Of a DNA stretch of 64,000 bases, positions 49,039 to 58,733 are shown one piece after another (within the stretch, counting starts at the first letter, position 1; each line of letters opens with the position of its first letter). The stretch is from Chloroflexota bacterium (GTDB lineage: Bacteria; Chloroflexota; UBA11872; VXOZ01): contig OZ244922.1 in assembly GCA_965221905.1 (NCBI GenBank), positions 1,056,001 to 1,120,000 on the forward strand, written 5' to 3'. The notes under the pieces are model-generated. The model saw nothing but the letters and a program-made list of their open reading frames with translations, ran no database searches and was not told the origin of the DNA. Made by a program: the position numbers and the translations under genes.

Positions 49039-49284
49039 GAGTTGTGTGGGAAGTTCTCAGCCAAGCGCCGTTCATGGTTCGACAAGCTCACCACGAACGG
49101 CAAGGACAAGCTCACCACGAACGGCAAGGAAAAGCTCACCACGAACGGCAAGGAAAAGCTCACCACGAACGGCAAGGAAAAGCTCACCACGAACGGCAAG
49201 AAAGAAAAATCCCTCGGAAAAAGCCAGTATCCGTTCGTCCTGAGCCTGTCGAAGGATGAATGGATACTCTTTTCACACACCCTC
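49039..49284. mobile_element. MITE-like element with imperfect TIRs and TAA duplication, carrying an inverted family A pair and a 24-bp x5 tandem repeat
   Basis: TAA|gagttgtgtgggaag ... cttttcacacaccctc|TAA. Confidence 0.55.
49081..49200 (+). repeat. 24-bp tandem repeat x5 derived from the 3' half of a family A palindrome
   Basis: ga(c/a)aagctcaccacgaacggcaag x5. Confidence 0.95.
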
Positions 49285-49389
49285 TAAGGTACTATTGTAG
49301 CCGCCACCGTGCCCTGCTCGCATCCCCGCATGTGCTCGGCTACACTATGCTGAGTGGGGGTTCACGCAGTTGAGAGGAAATGGCACGGC

Positions 49390-50727
49390 ATGATGGGCAT
49401 TACGGCGCGACAACGTGAAGACATGATGACGGTGCTGGCGGCGGCCCTGAAAGCAGTAGACCCCGCGCAGGCGGTACGCAACTGCGTGCGTCGAGAGGAC
49501 ACGCGGTTAGCAGTTGGAGACCGCACGTACGACCTGGACTCTTATAGGCGCATACTCGTTGTGGGCGCGGGCAAAGCCAGCGGACCCATGGCGCAGGCGC
49601 TGGAAGAGATTCTTGGCGATCGCTTGGATGGCGGCGTGGTCAACGTCAAGGAGGGTTATGCCGTTGCTACGCAACGGATAGAGCTGATCGAGGCGGCACA
49701 CCCCGTGCCGGATCAGAATGGTTTGCGGGGCACCGAGCGCATTCTGCAGTTGGCGGCGGGGGCAGGTGAAGATGACCTTGTTTTTTGTCTAATTTCCGGC
49801 GGAGGTTCAGCGCTCATGGAGTTGCCGGCAGGGGAGATTACGCTGGACGATCTCCAGCAACTGACTGACCTGCTCCTGCGCAGCGGCGCCACCATCAACG
49901 AGGTGAATACGGTCCGCAAGCACATTTCCCAGGTCAAAGGCGGCGGGCTGGCGCGGGCGGCAGCGCCTGCCACACTGATCGCCCTCATCCTCTCCGACGT
50001 AGTTGGGAACCCGCTCGACTTCATTGCATCGGGTCCAACGGTGCCCGATACGACCACCTTCCAGGACGCATGGGACCTCTTGGGGAAGTTCGGCCTGCAG
50101 GACGCCATACCCCAGAGAGTGCGCGCGCAGCTTGAGCGCGGCCTCAGTGAATCCATACCGGAAACTCCCAAAGAAGGCGATCCGATCTTTGCGCGCACGG
50201 CCGGAATTCTGGTCGGCAGCAATGAAATCGCGGCCCGCGCTGCACTAGACGCAGCAACGAAATTGGGGTATAATTCACTCCTAGTCACCACTTGGGTGGA
50301 AGGGGAGGCGCGGGAAGTTGCCAAGGTGATGGCTGGAGTCGCCAAGGGTCTTATTCGCCACCACTCACCACTCCCTCCACCGGCGTGTCTCATTTTCGGC
50401 GGCGAAACTACGGTTACGGTGCGGGGTGAAGGCAAAGGCGGGCGTAATCAAGAGATGGCGCTTGCCGCATCACTCGCTCTCGATGGCTGGGAGGATGTTT
50501 CGGTGATGGCGGTAGGGACAGACGGCACCGACGGTCCAACCGACGCGGCCGGCGGCATAGCGGATGGCGCGGTACTCGCACGGGCGCGAGCGCTAGCTTT
50601 AGATCCGCTGTCATTCCTCACCCACAACGACTCCTACCACTTCTTGCAGCAGACTGATGCCCTCCTGGTCACCGGGCCGACGAACACTAATGTGAATGAC
50701 CTGGTCCTCGTCTACGCCTTTGGCTAG
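49390..50727 (+). CDS. Glycerate 2-kinase (MOFRL/TtuD/GckA family)
   Basis: GAGKAS, HPVPD, ISGGGSAL, RKHISQVKGG, SDV.G...IASGP, GGETTV, GGRNQE, GTDGTDG and TNTNVND motifs. Confidence 0.93.
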   Translation: MMGITARQREDMMTVLAAALKAVDPAQAVRNCVRREDTRLAVGDRTYDLDSYRRILVVGAGKASGPMAQALEEILGDRLDGGVVNVKEGYAVATQRIELIEAAHPVPDQNGLRGTERILQLAAGAGEDDLVFCLISGGGSALMELPAGEITLDDLQQLTDLLLRSGATINEVNTVRKHISQVKGGGLARAAAPATLIALILSDVVGNPLDFIASGPTVPDTTTFQDAWDLLGKFGLQDAIPQRVRAQLERGLSESIPETPKEGDPIFARTAGILVGSNEIAARAALDAATKLGYNSLLVTTWVEGEAREVAKVMAGVAKGLIRHHSPLPPPACLIFGGETTVTVRGEGKGGRNQEMALAASLALDGWEDVSVMAVGTDGTDGPTDAAGGIADGAVLARARALALDPLSFLTHNDSYHFLQQTDALLVTGPTNTNVNDLVLVYAFG

Positions 50728-50791
50728 GGCGATAGGATCGCTTCCTCGCTCGTTTTCCTTCCCAGATTTCCCTCCTCAATTCGTTCAGGCA

Positions 50792-51289
50792 ATGGCAGGT
50801 AGTCTCCGCATGAAACTGCAAGAAGAATCTCTTCCCCCGCTCGATACATCGCTCCTCCCTCGCGCTCCCGCACAACGCTGGCACTCAGTCGGCAGGCGCA
50901 GCGACTTGCGGCCGTTATCCCAAAGCCGCAGCCATCGGATGCTCTTGACCGTTTGTCTTGGGTTCGCAATTCTCCTGGTCGGTGGCGGCGGTGCAATGTG
51001 GTTCTTAAATCGAGATGACGCGTCCGGCGTTCGAGTACCTATCGCTCAGGACGGCGAGATTGTCCGTATTACACCCGAAGCGCCAGCTTCCAACAGTTCT
51101 TCTACTGCGAGCACGCCGGTAGTATCGGCTGCGCCCGAGTTTCATATCGTGCAACCGGGCGAAGTGCTAAGTACCATTGCGAGCAAGTATAATACGACTG
51201 TGGAGAACTTGGCTGAACTCAACGACATTGAGGATGTTGACGCGATCAGGGTTGGGCAACGTATACGTCTTGTGCCTGCAGAGCAATGA
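50792..51289 (+). CDS. Membrane-anchored LysM-domain protein
   Basis: Single TM helix, S/T/A-rich linker, HIVQPGEVLSTIA.KY....L..LN.I..V..IRVGQ.I; start uncertain. Confidence 0.85.
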   Translation: MAGSLRMKLQEESLPPLDTSLLPRAPAQRWHSVGRRSDLRPLSQSRSHRMLLTVCLGFAILLVGGGGAMWFLNRDDASGVRVPIAQDGEIVRITPEAPASNSSSTASTPVVSAAPEFHIVQPGEVLSTIASKYNTTVENLAELNDIEDVDAIRVGQRIRLVPAEQ

Positions 51290-52820
51290 AGCCGGAGCGA
51301 CGAGAATTGGCGCCAAGCATAGTATCTACCATGGCGTCCTCGCATTCGTATTGGCGTTGGTGCTTTGGCTGGTCGCCGTTGACGTGGCGGGCGCGGCATC
51401 GGGCACGCCGTGGCACGCCCAGACCGATTCGCTAACCGGAGAAGCACTGCCTGTCTGGGAGCTCTGGTTCAATGCCCTTGATTCAGAGACATGGGCGGAT
51501 GATCAGCAGGTGTGGGTCACCAGCAACCTGCCCTGGTTGGTAGCGCCGCATCCCACTACTGCAAACTCAGGTCTGGCGGCCAGTTCGCTAGGGGTTCACC
51601 GGACCATTGACGGCGGAGAGACCTGGGCCCACCTTCCAGGTATTGTGGATTCGGTTATTGCCATAGCCTATAACACGCAGAATGCGCAAATTGTATACGC
51701 CGGAACCGAGTTGGCCGGCACCTACCGCAGCGAAGACGGCGGGCTCTACTGGCGCAGTATCAACACCGGACTACCGAGCGACCGTCTCGGGCACGTGGCG
51801 GGCGCGGTGCACATTGCTACCGATCCAACGCAGTCCGGTACCCTCTTTGCCGCGACGACGACTGTGGGCGGCCTCTACCGATCGCAAGACGACGGCGCAA
51901 ACTGGCACCTGGCGAATAGCGGCTTGCCGGAGGAGTCCATACTTGGTCTTGCCGTCACGGAAAGCGGGTCGACGCGATTGTACGCTGCCGCGCCGAGTGG
52001 TCTCTATCTGTCGAATAATCGCGCCCAAGATTGGTCTCTGATTGGAGCACTGCCAATAGAGACGCCCCAGCAACTGCTCTTAGAGCCCAATGCGCTGGGG
52101 AATCTGCTCTTGGTGGCTGAAGACGCGATCTATCGCTCTACGAATGCCGGAGTAACTTGGATCGTTCTCGACATCCCGGCTGAAATGTCGCCTATCCGCA
52201 ATGTCATGTTTGCTACCAGTGGGGAGAGAGCCCTTCTCCTCGTGGCAGGAGAGAGCGGCCCGTACTGGCAGTGGTTTACGCCCGCCACACCGCAATCGCC
52301 CCCGCAAGCTGAATCTGAAGATGCGACATATAGCGAGATCACCGGACATACAATTAGAGAGCCCTTTCTCAGCTACTTCAATGCGCACGGCGGCGTAGTG
52401 CGATTCGGTTACCCCCGAACCGATGCCATCAGCGAGGATGGCAAGACAGTACAGTACTTCCAGCGGTCTCGATTGGAGATCGGGACGGATGAGGATGGCG
52501 ATCGCGTGGTGCAAAGTCCGCTCAGCTCAATTTTGCGATCCGGCGGGACTTCAACTGCCGGTTCCACGCAGTCGAATTCCACGCAAACGCAGTATGCCGT
52601 TGACCAGGTGTTCGCAAGCTACTACACCAACAACAGTGGTAGTGAAGCGTTTGGCAGCCCAATTTCTACGGCAGCGGATGAGGTGCAGGTGAACGGGGTT
52701 ACGCTTTATACGCAATACTTTGAGTTCGCGCGGCTCGAGCATCATCCCGGCGCCACGACTCCGGTTCTCTTGGGATTGATCGGTGACGAGTACTTAACGC
52801 AGAAAGGCTGGTTGGAATAA
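51270..52820 (+). CDS. Secreted BNR/Asp-box beta-propeller protein with C-terminal LGFP-like modules
   Basis: Asp-box repeats (RTIDGGETW, RSEDGGLYW, RSQDDGANW, RSTNAGVTW); TGH.I...F..YF...GG...FGYP.T...VQYFQRSRLE-type module twice; start codon unclear. Confidence 0.8.
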   Translation: MCLQSNEAGATRIGAKHSIYHGVLAFVLALVLWLVAVDVAGAASGTPWHAQTDSLTGEALPVWELWFNALDSETWADDQQVWVTSNLPWLVAPHPTTANSGLAASSLGVHRTIDGGETWAHLPGIVDSVIAIAYNTQNAQIVYAGTELAGTYRSEDGGLYWRSINTGLPSDRLGHVAGAVHIATDPTQSGTLFAATTTVGGLYRSQDDGANWHLANSGLPEESILGLAVTESGSTRLYAAAPSGLYLSNNRAQDWSLIGALPIETPQQLLLEPNALGNLLLVAEDAIYRSTNAGVTWIVLDIPAEMSPIRNVMFATSGERALLLVAGESGPYWQWFTPATPQSPPQAESEDATYSEITGHTIREPFLSYFNAHGGVVRFGYPRTDAISEDGKTVQYFQRSRLEIGTDEDGDRVVQSPLSSILRSGGTSTAGSTQSNSTQTQYAVDQVFASYYTNNSGSEAFGSPISTAADEVQVNGVTLYTQYFEFARLEHHPGATTPVLLGLIGDEYLTQKGWLE

Positions 52821-52825
52821 CGGCT

Positions 52826-54319
52826 ATGCGGCGCACTCGCATTGTTGCCACAATTGGACCGGCGTCGGCGAATGAAGAATCGCTGCGCGCCATGCTGCGG
52901 AGCGGCCTTGACGTAGCGCGCGTAAACTTCTCGCACGGCACCCACGAGACACAGGCCCAGACAATTGAGTTGCTTCGCCAGTTGGCGGCCTCGGAAGGCG
53001 CTAACCTGCCAATCATTGCCGATCTGCAGGGCCCGAAAGTGCGTGTAGGCACCATTGCCGATGCGCCGCTGCGGCTCCCGCCAGGCGGACAGCTAATTCT
53101 CACCGTAGACGGCGATGATACCGATGCGGCAGCGCGCCAGCGACTGCAGGATTACGCCAAATCGGTTGATCCCGAAGCACTCAGCAACGAAGTGGCGCCG
53201 GTGCGTTTCGCCGGGCTTGCTGCGGAAACGCGACCGGGCGACACCATTCTGCTCGACGATGGATTGATCGCGGTGGAGGTGGTAGCGATACGCGTTGAAT
53301 CAGGACAAACGGCAGTCGTCACGCGCGTGGTCCGCGGCGGTGAACTCGTGAGTGGCAAGGCGGTCGTCGTGAGGGGCAAGAGTCTCAACTTGCCCAGTCT
53401 CACCGCGAAGGACTGGGAAGACGTGCGTTTTGCCGTTGAACAAGAGGTGGATTGGGTAGCGCTTTCCTACGTACGTTCTGCCACGGATGTCGAAATTCTG
53501 CGGCAACTAATGCTGAACTATGGCGCGAAGATTCCGATAGTTGCAAAGATCGAGACCCAGGAGGCAATCGCCAACTTCGACGACATCTTGGTCGCAGCGG
53601 ACGGCATCATGGTGGCGCGTGGAGATCTGGGCGTGCAAGTGCCGCCGGAAGAGGTGCCGTTGCATCAAAAGGCTATCATTCAGAAGACGCGCGTACGGGG
53701 AAAACCGGTCATTACGGCCACGCAGATGCTCGAGTCGATGATGCAGCATCCCGTGCCAACACGGGCAGAGGCCAGCGACGTGGCGAATGCAATCTTGGAT
53801 GGTAGTGACGCAGTGATGCTCTCCGGAGAAACTGCCGTCGGCCCATATCCGGTTGAGGCCGTGGCGGTTATGGCACGCATTGCAACCAGCGTCGACCCAC
53901 ACGTGGAGAGTTTTGCCGCAATTGACGCCAGCGATGCCACCGACGCGATTGCGACCGCGACGCATCGTATAGCGGAAGAGCTGGGTGCAACCGCGGTCAT
54001 TGCCCTCACGCAATCGGGATACACTGCCCGCATGCTGGCTCGCTTGCGTCCCCACGTGCAACTGCTTGCGGTAACGCCCGACTTGTCTGTGTGGCGCCAG
54101 CTTGCCCTTAGCTGGGGAACGGTGCCATTGCTGGCATCAGTGAAGTCGGACACCGACATGGCGATGCGGGAAGCCGTGGCGCTGGCAAAGCGTGCAGGCC
54201 ACGTGAAGGACGGCGATACGGTCGTCTTTACGGCAGGCATGCCGTTTGGCGTGGGCGGCACCACAAACTTGATTCGCATCCATGAGATCGGTCAGTCATT
54301 GAGTCTCAAGAGTGACTAG
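52826..54319 (+). CDS. pyk: Pyruvate kinase
   Basis: TRIVATIGPAS, RVNFSHG, DLQGPKVR, AKIE, MVARGDLG, ATQMLESM, DVANA.LDG.DAVMLSGETA motifs. Confidence 0.97.
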   Translation: MRRTRIVATIGPASANEESLRAMLRSGLDVARVNFSHGTHETQAQTIELLRQLAASEGANLPIIADLQGPKVRVGTIADAPLRLPPGGQLILTVDGDDTDAAARQRLQDYAKSVDPEALSNEVAPVRFAGLAAETRPGDTILLDDGLIAVEVVAIRVESGQTAVVTRVVRGGELVSGKAVVVRGKSLNLPSLTAKDWEDVRFAVEQEVDWVALSYVRSATDVEILRQLMLNYGAKIPIVAKIETQEAIANFDDILVAADGIMVARGDLGVQVPPEEVPLHQKAIIQKTRVRGKPVITATQMLESMMQHPVPTRAEASDVANAILDGSDAVMLSGETAVGPYPVEAVAVMARIATSVDPHVESFAAIDASDATDAIATATHRIAEELGATAVIALTQSGYTARMLARLRPHVQLLAVTPDLSVWRQLALSWGTVPLLASVKSDTDMAMREAVALAKRAGHVKDGDTVVFTAGMPFGVGGTTNLIRIHEIGQSLSLKSD

Positions 54320-54535
54320 AACTTGCCTCATAAATACATTGCTCTGTGTAGGCCTGCCCTTCGACCCTTTGTCAAGCTCAGGACAGGCAGGCTCAGAGCG
54401 TGCCCCGTACTCGATACAGCGTATCGACACGATACGGGGGCGAACGGAAAAGTCAAGAATCCGTTCGTGCTGAGTGCTGCGCGAAGCCCTTATCGAAGCA
54501 CGAATCCGCTATCGAACCGGTTTATGAGATAGCTT
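54320..54535. mobile_element. MITE-like element with TIRs and CTAG duplication at the pyk stop codon, carrying nested family A palindromes
   Basis: CTAG|aacttgcctcataaa ... tttatgagatagctt|CTAG. Confidence 0.65.
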
Positions 54536-54684
54536 CTAGACGTTCTCGTTTGTATGGCAGAAGGCTTCTCTCTAGGGCTTGCGCACAAGGTCCCGTCCTG
54601 AGCGAGACTCAACGGTAAACTAGAGTCGCATTGATGCGGGTCTCTGCAGCTAAGAGTTGCCGCGCCACTATACGGAGCGAGAAT

Positions 54685-56430
54685 ATGCACCCGGGCACTC
54701 AACCCCTGGGGGTCTACCTGCAGCAAGGGAGCTGCGCGACACGCAGTGCGTACATCCTGGAGATTCTGGCTCACGCGGGCGTTCCTTTCACGCGTGTAGA
54801 TGCAGCCACGCTGCCGGATGCGCTGCAAACGCTCAAGGTGATCATCCTGCCCCACCACGGGGTCACAACACCGGAAATGGGCAGGCTCTATGGTTTCGTA
54901 GCGGCCGGCGGCGCTCTGATTGGACTGGGCGGCACGAGCGGCCTGGACGACCTCTTCGGCGTGCGCACGCAAACCGGCGCTCACGAAGCGTTTCTCCAGG
55001 TCACCCAGCCGAACCATCCGCTGGTGCGTGATCTTCACTCGTCGCTGCACGTTTGGGACGCCGTTACAGCACGGGCGGCGGGCGCTAGCGTGCTAGCCAA
55101 TCTCTGCGATGTCGCACAGAAGCGCATTGGCGTTGGTGTGAGCGTCTACCGACTCCAACAGGGGTTGAGCGTCTACTGCGCAGCGGATTTTCCCTGGTGC
55201 ATCCTGCACATGTTGCAGGGAAAGTCCGTGCAGCATGACGGCGAACCCGCGCCGGACGGCACGGCGCAGATTGACGAGGGAATTCTCAAGTGCGACGACG
55301 GCATCGTCTTGGACTGGGATGTGGACCGCGCGTCCGATACTGAGGTGCCGTACTTCCGCGAAGCCGTCGGCGACGAACTGCGCGCCATCCTGCTGCGCAG
55401 CATCTTCTATTGCGCGCTGCATACCGGGACCGCGCTCCCGTTGCTTTGGTATTGGCCGGGCGAGTTAGAAGCGGTGGCGCACCTTTCCCACGACTCAGAC
55501 AACAACATCGAGGAGCGTGCCTTCCAACTTCTGGAGAACACGCGAAAGCTCGACGTCCACTCCACGTGGTGCATTCAGTACCCCGGCTACACATCTAAAC
55601 TCTATGGGGCGGTGGCGGCGTACGGCAGCGAACTGTGCCTCCACTACGACGCTTTGTCCGGCGAGGAACCTACGCGGTGGAATTATGGCGATCTTGTCTT
55701 TCAGTGGGAGTTCCTGCGCCGGGAAGCCGGACTCGACGTAATTACGAGCAACAAGAACCACTACACCCGCTGGCAGGGCTGTCTGGAGTTCTTCCACTGG
55801 CTGGAGCAGGTGGGTATTCGTTTAGATCAGACGAAAGGCCCCTCCAAGCGCGGCAATACAGGTCATCTCTTTGGCAGTACGCATCCCTGGTTCCCAATGG
55901 ACCCGGAATCGGGCAGAGTATACGACGTACTCGAAGTCAATCTCTTGACACAGGACATGGTGCACCCGGTCGACGATCCGGATGCGCCGATCGGCCAGTT
56001 TGCGCCGTACAGCATCGCTGAGCCGCTGGTGGACCGGGTAAAGCACCACTATGGCGTTGCGCATTACCTCTTTCATCCGCACCATGTCTTCCGGCCCGGT
56101 GTGCCGACGGCTATGGCAGACGTGGTGGGATATGCGCGGGAGCAAGGCTTGCCGTGGTGGACTGCGCAGCAGATAAACGATTGGGAGCGCAGCCGCCGTA
56201 TGGTAGCGTTCGGCGACATGAGCGAATCCGGAGCTAGACTCCACGTCGGCGCTCCTCTTGATGATGCCACGCTCCTCGTGCTGGTAGCCGACAATTGGCA
56301 AGGCGATGTTCTCATTGACGGCCGGTCGGTGGCTGCACGGAGTGTCGATCGCTACGGCTTTCGGTTCCAGGCGGTTACACAGACGTTAGACGCCGGAGAG
56401 CACCAGGTGCGGTGGGATGGAGCCGTTTGA
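54685..56430 (+). CDS. Hypothetical protein: GATase-like/beta-galactosidase-trimerisation-like N-domain plus polysaccharide-deacetylase-like barrel
   Basis: FVAAGGALI; LSHDSD, ELCLHY, NHYTRW and YLFHPHH motifs. Confidence 0.7.
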   Translation: MHPGTQPLGVYLQQGSCATRSAYILEILAHAGVPFTRVDAATLPDALQTLKVIILPHHGVTTPEMGRLYGFVAAGGALIGLGGTSGLDDLFGVRTQTGAHEAFLQVTQPNHPLVRDLHSSLHVWDAVTARAAGASVLANLCDVAQKRIGVGVSVYRLQQGLSVYCAADFPWCILHMLQGKSVQHDGEPAPDGTAQIDEGILKCDDGIVLDWDVDRASDTEVPYFREAVGDELRAILLRSIFYCALHTGTALPLLWYWPGELEAVAHLSHDSDNNIEERAFQLLENTRKLDVHSTWCIQYPGYTSKLYGAVAAYGSELCLHYDALSGEEPTRWNYGDLVFQWEFLRREAGLDVITSNKNHYTRWQGCLEFFHWLEQVGIRLDQTKGPSKRGNTGHLFGSTHPWFPMDPESGRVYDVLEVNLLTQDMVHPVDDPDAPIGQFAPYSIAEPLVDRVKHHYGVAHYLFHPHHVFRPGVPTAMADVVGYAREQGLPWWTAQQINDWERSRRMVAFGDMSESGARLHVGAPLDDATLLVLVADNWQGDVLIDGRSVAARSVDRYGFRFQAVTQTLDAGEHQVRWDGAV

Positions 56431-56530
56431 CGCGAGAGGGCGCCTGAAGCTGCCCAGGCTGTGCGTCTTGCGTGAAGCACCACCTTTTTGGATGTGCGTG
56501 AGCCGCAGGCTTTGTTCTGCGACTTTCACA

Positions 56531-56627
56531 TGTCACCACGAACGGAGTGAGGGGTCCAGAGTGTTGTCGCTTGGGGATTTCTGTCTTGCGCGAAAATCCT
56601 AGATTCCTCGGTGCGCTTGGAGTGACA
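56531..56627. repeat. Degenerate family E element
   Basis: tgtcaccacgaacggagtgaggggtcc ... agattcctcggtgcgcttggagtgaca. Confidence 0.5.
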
Positions 56628-56815
56628 GGTCTACGCGCACCTCGCGCTGCCGCACCACCATTGCCTATTTCCCTGCCAATTGGAGCATACAAGTGACACT
56701 AGGCATCCCGTGTTATTTGCACGCGTTGAACAGCAAGCATGTATCTCTCCGGAACCATCGGCCACGTCTAGCAACTTGCTTTCCAAATCCGGTAGGATAG
56801 AGCGGGAGAAAGTAG

Positions 56816-57307
56816 ATGCGCATTGTAATCGGCGCCGATCACAACGGACTGGCCAGTAAGGGCACGGTGAGGCAGTGGCTTGAGGCTGCGGGTCACTCTG
56901 TGGTTGACGTTGGCCCGCATCAGCATGATCCGGACGACGATTACCCGGATTTTGCTCGCATGCTTGGCGAAACACTGCAGCGCGGTGAGGCGGATCGCGG
57001 CATCCTGCTTTGCGGCAGCGGTGTGGGCGCAAGCATTGCGGCGAACAAGATGCGCGGCATTCGTGCGGGTCTCTGTCACGATGTGTATTCGGCACATCAA
57101 GCCGTTGAGCATGATAATGTGAACGTGCTGTGCTTAGGCCCTCGAATTGTCGGCCCGGCACTGATGGAAGAGTTGGTGACGGCATTCCTGTCTGCCGAGT
57201 TTACCGGTGAAGAGCGGCACGTCCGCCGCCTTGCTAAAGTGACGGCATTGGAGCAGGCAGAACGAGAAGCCGGTCTGGGTCAGCCGGAGGAATTGGAGGC
57301 GCCGTAG
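56816..57307 (+). CDS. rpiB: Ribose-5-phosphate isomerase B
   Basis: GADHNG, DYPD, LCGSGVGAS.AANK, EHDNVN and RH.RR motifs. Confidence 0.96.
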   Translation: MRIVIGADHNGLASKGTVRQWLEAAGHSVVDVGPHQHDPDDDYPDFARMLGETLQRGEADRGILLCGSGVGASIAANKMRGIRAGLCHDVYSAHQAVEHDNVNVLCLGPRIVGPALMEELVTAFLSAEFTGEERHVRRLAKVTALEQAEREAGLGQPEELEAP

Positions 57308-57390
57308 GGTGCGCCGTTTGGTGTTTCGTTGGCGCCTTGACGGTGTGGCTGTTAAGGGTGGGATGGTATGAGCGGCACGGAGAAGAATAT

Positions 57391-57480
57391 GGATTTCCGC
57401 TTTCGCGGGAAAGATGGAATGAATAGCGGGAATGACGGATTAGGCGGCTGAAGTGACGGATTGAGCGACAGCAATGACGA
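57391..57480 (-). repeat. Family B palindrome followed by degenerate partial repeats (..atgacgga)
   Basis: ggatttccgctttcgcgggaaagatgg ... gcgggaatgacgga ... agtgacgga ... aatgacgaa. Confidence 0.55.
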
Positions 57481-57603
57481 ATCGGGCGATGTGTATCGCT
57501 GATAATGATGGTAGGGTTACTGCTTGCGCTTGGCAAGGATGAAACGGTTCTCTTAGTTCTTACTCGACCGAAACATTTACCTGGCAGCAAATAGGAGGTA
57601 GCT

Positions 57604-58731
57604 ATGGCAGAAAGAAATAGACTCGTGCAATTACAGGACTTTGACCAGAGTGTGTGGCTGGATAGCATCAGCCGCGGCCTTGTGCAATCAGGCCAACTTC
57701 AAGCTCTAGTCGATAACGACGGCCTACGGGGGATGACGTCGAATCCCGCCATCTTCGAGAAGGCGATCAGCGGCAGCGACGACTACCGCGACCAGTTGCG
57801 CGCACTCCATGCCGCCGGCAAGAGTACGGTGGAAATCTACGAGGCGGTCGCGATAACCGACATCCAGTCGGCGTGCGACGTGCTGCGTCCGGAGTACGAT
57901 GCCAGCGACGGCGAGCACGGCCTGGTCAGTCTTGAGGTGTCGCCCGAACTCGCCTTCGATACGGAGGGCACAATCGCTGAGGTGCGAAGACTCTGGCAGC
58001 AGGTGGACCGCCCGAACTTGATGATCAAGATTCCGGCAACTGATGAGGGCGTGCCGGCGGTGCAGCAGATGCTCACCGAGGGACACAATGTAAACATCAC
58101 GCTGATGTTTTCACTCACCGACTACGACAATGTGGCCGAAGCCTATATATCCGCTCTGGAAGCACGCGCGGCGGCGGGCAAGCCCATCGACCGGATCGCT
58201 TCAGTAGCCAGCTTCTTCGTGAGCCGCATCGACACCTTGGCTGACGAAATGCTCGAGGTGCGAGTCCAAGCCGGCGAAACGCGTGCGCAGGAACTCATGG
58301 GTCAGGTGGCGATCGCCAACGCGAAGGTTGCCTACCGGCATTTCTTGGAATTCTTCAAGTCCGAGCGCTTCCGAAAGCTGGAAGCGCAAGGCGCGCGCGT
58401 ACAGCGTGTGCTGTGGGCGAGCACCAGCACGAAGAATCCGGCTTACTCAGACGTGATGTACGTGGATACCCTCATCGGCCCGCACACGGTGAATACCTTG
58501 CCGGACGACACCATGGACGCGTTTCGCGATCACGGCACACTTGCCCAAACGGTAGATACGGGTGCGGCAGAAGCGCAGGCCGTGTTGGACGCCCTTTCAG
58601 CCGTTGGTGTTGACTACCACGCCATGACGCGGCAGCTCCAGCAAGAAGGTGTGGACAAGTTCGTGCAGCCCTACCACGCTCTGCTCGAACGGATAGAGCA
58701 GGTGTGCGCAGAGTTGGTCGCCGCGACATAG
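57604..58731 (+). CDS. tal: Transaldolase (actinobacterial/type 2)
   Basis: SVWLD, TSNPAIF, VSLEV, MIKIPAT, NITLMFS, SFFVSRID and LWAST.TK motifs; GGAGG RBS. Confidence 0.96.
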   Translation: MAERNRLVQLQDFDQSVWLDSISRGLVQSGQLQALVDNDGLRGMTSNPAIFEKAISGSDDYRDQLRALHAAGKSTVEIYEAVAITDIQSACDVLRPEYDASDGEHGLVSLEVSPELAFDTEGTIAEVRRLWQQVDRPNLMIKIPATDEGVPAVQQMLTEGHNVNITLMFSLTDYDNVAEAYISALEARAAAGKPIDRIASVASFFVSRIDTLADEMLEVRVQAGETRAQELMGQVAIANAKVAYRHFLEFFKSERFRKLEAQGARVQRVLWASTSTKNPAYSDVMYVDTLIGPHTVNTLPDDTMDAFRDHGTLAQTVDTGAAEAQAVLDALSAVGVDYHAMTRQLQQEGVDKFVQPYHALLERIEQVCAELVAAT

Positions 58732-58733
58732 CA

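Noticed and set aside
49081-49200. CRISPR array or repetitive small proteins (ORFs 49026-49287)
   Set aside because: Head-to-tail 24-bp units without spacers; the ORFs are open only because the unit length is a multiple of three.
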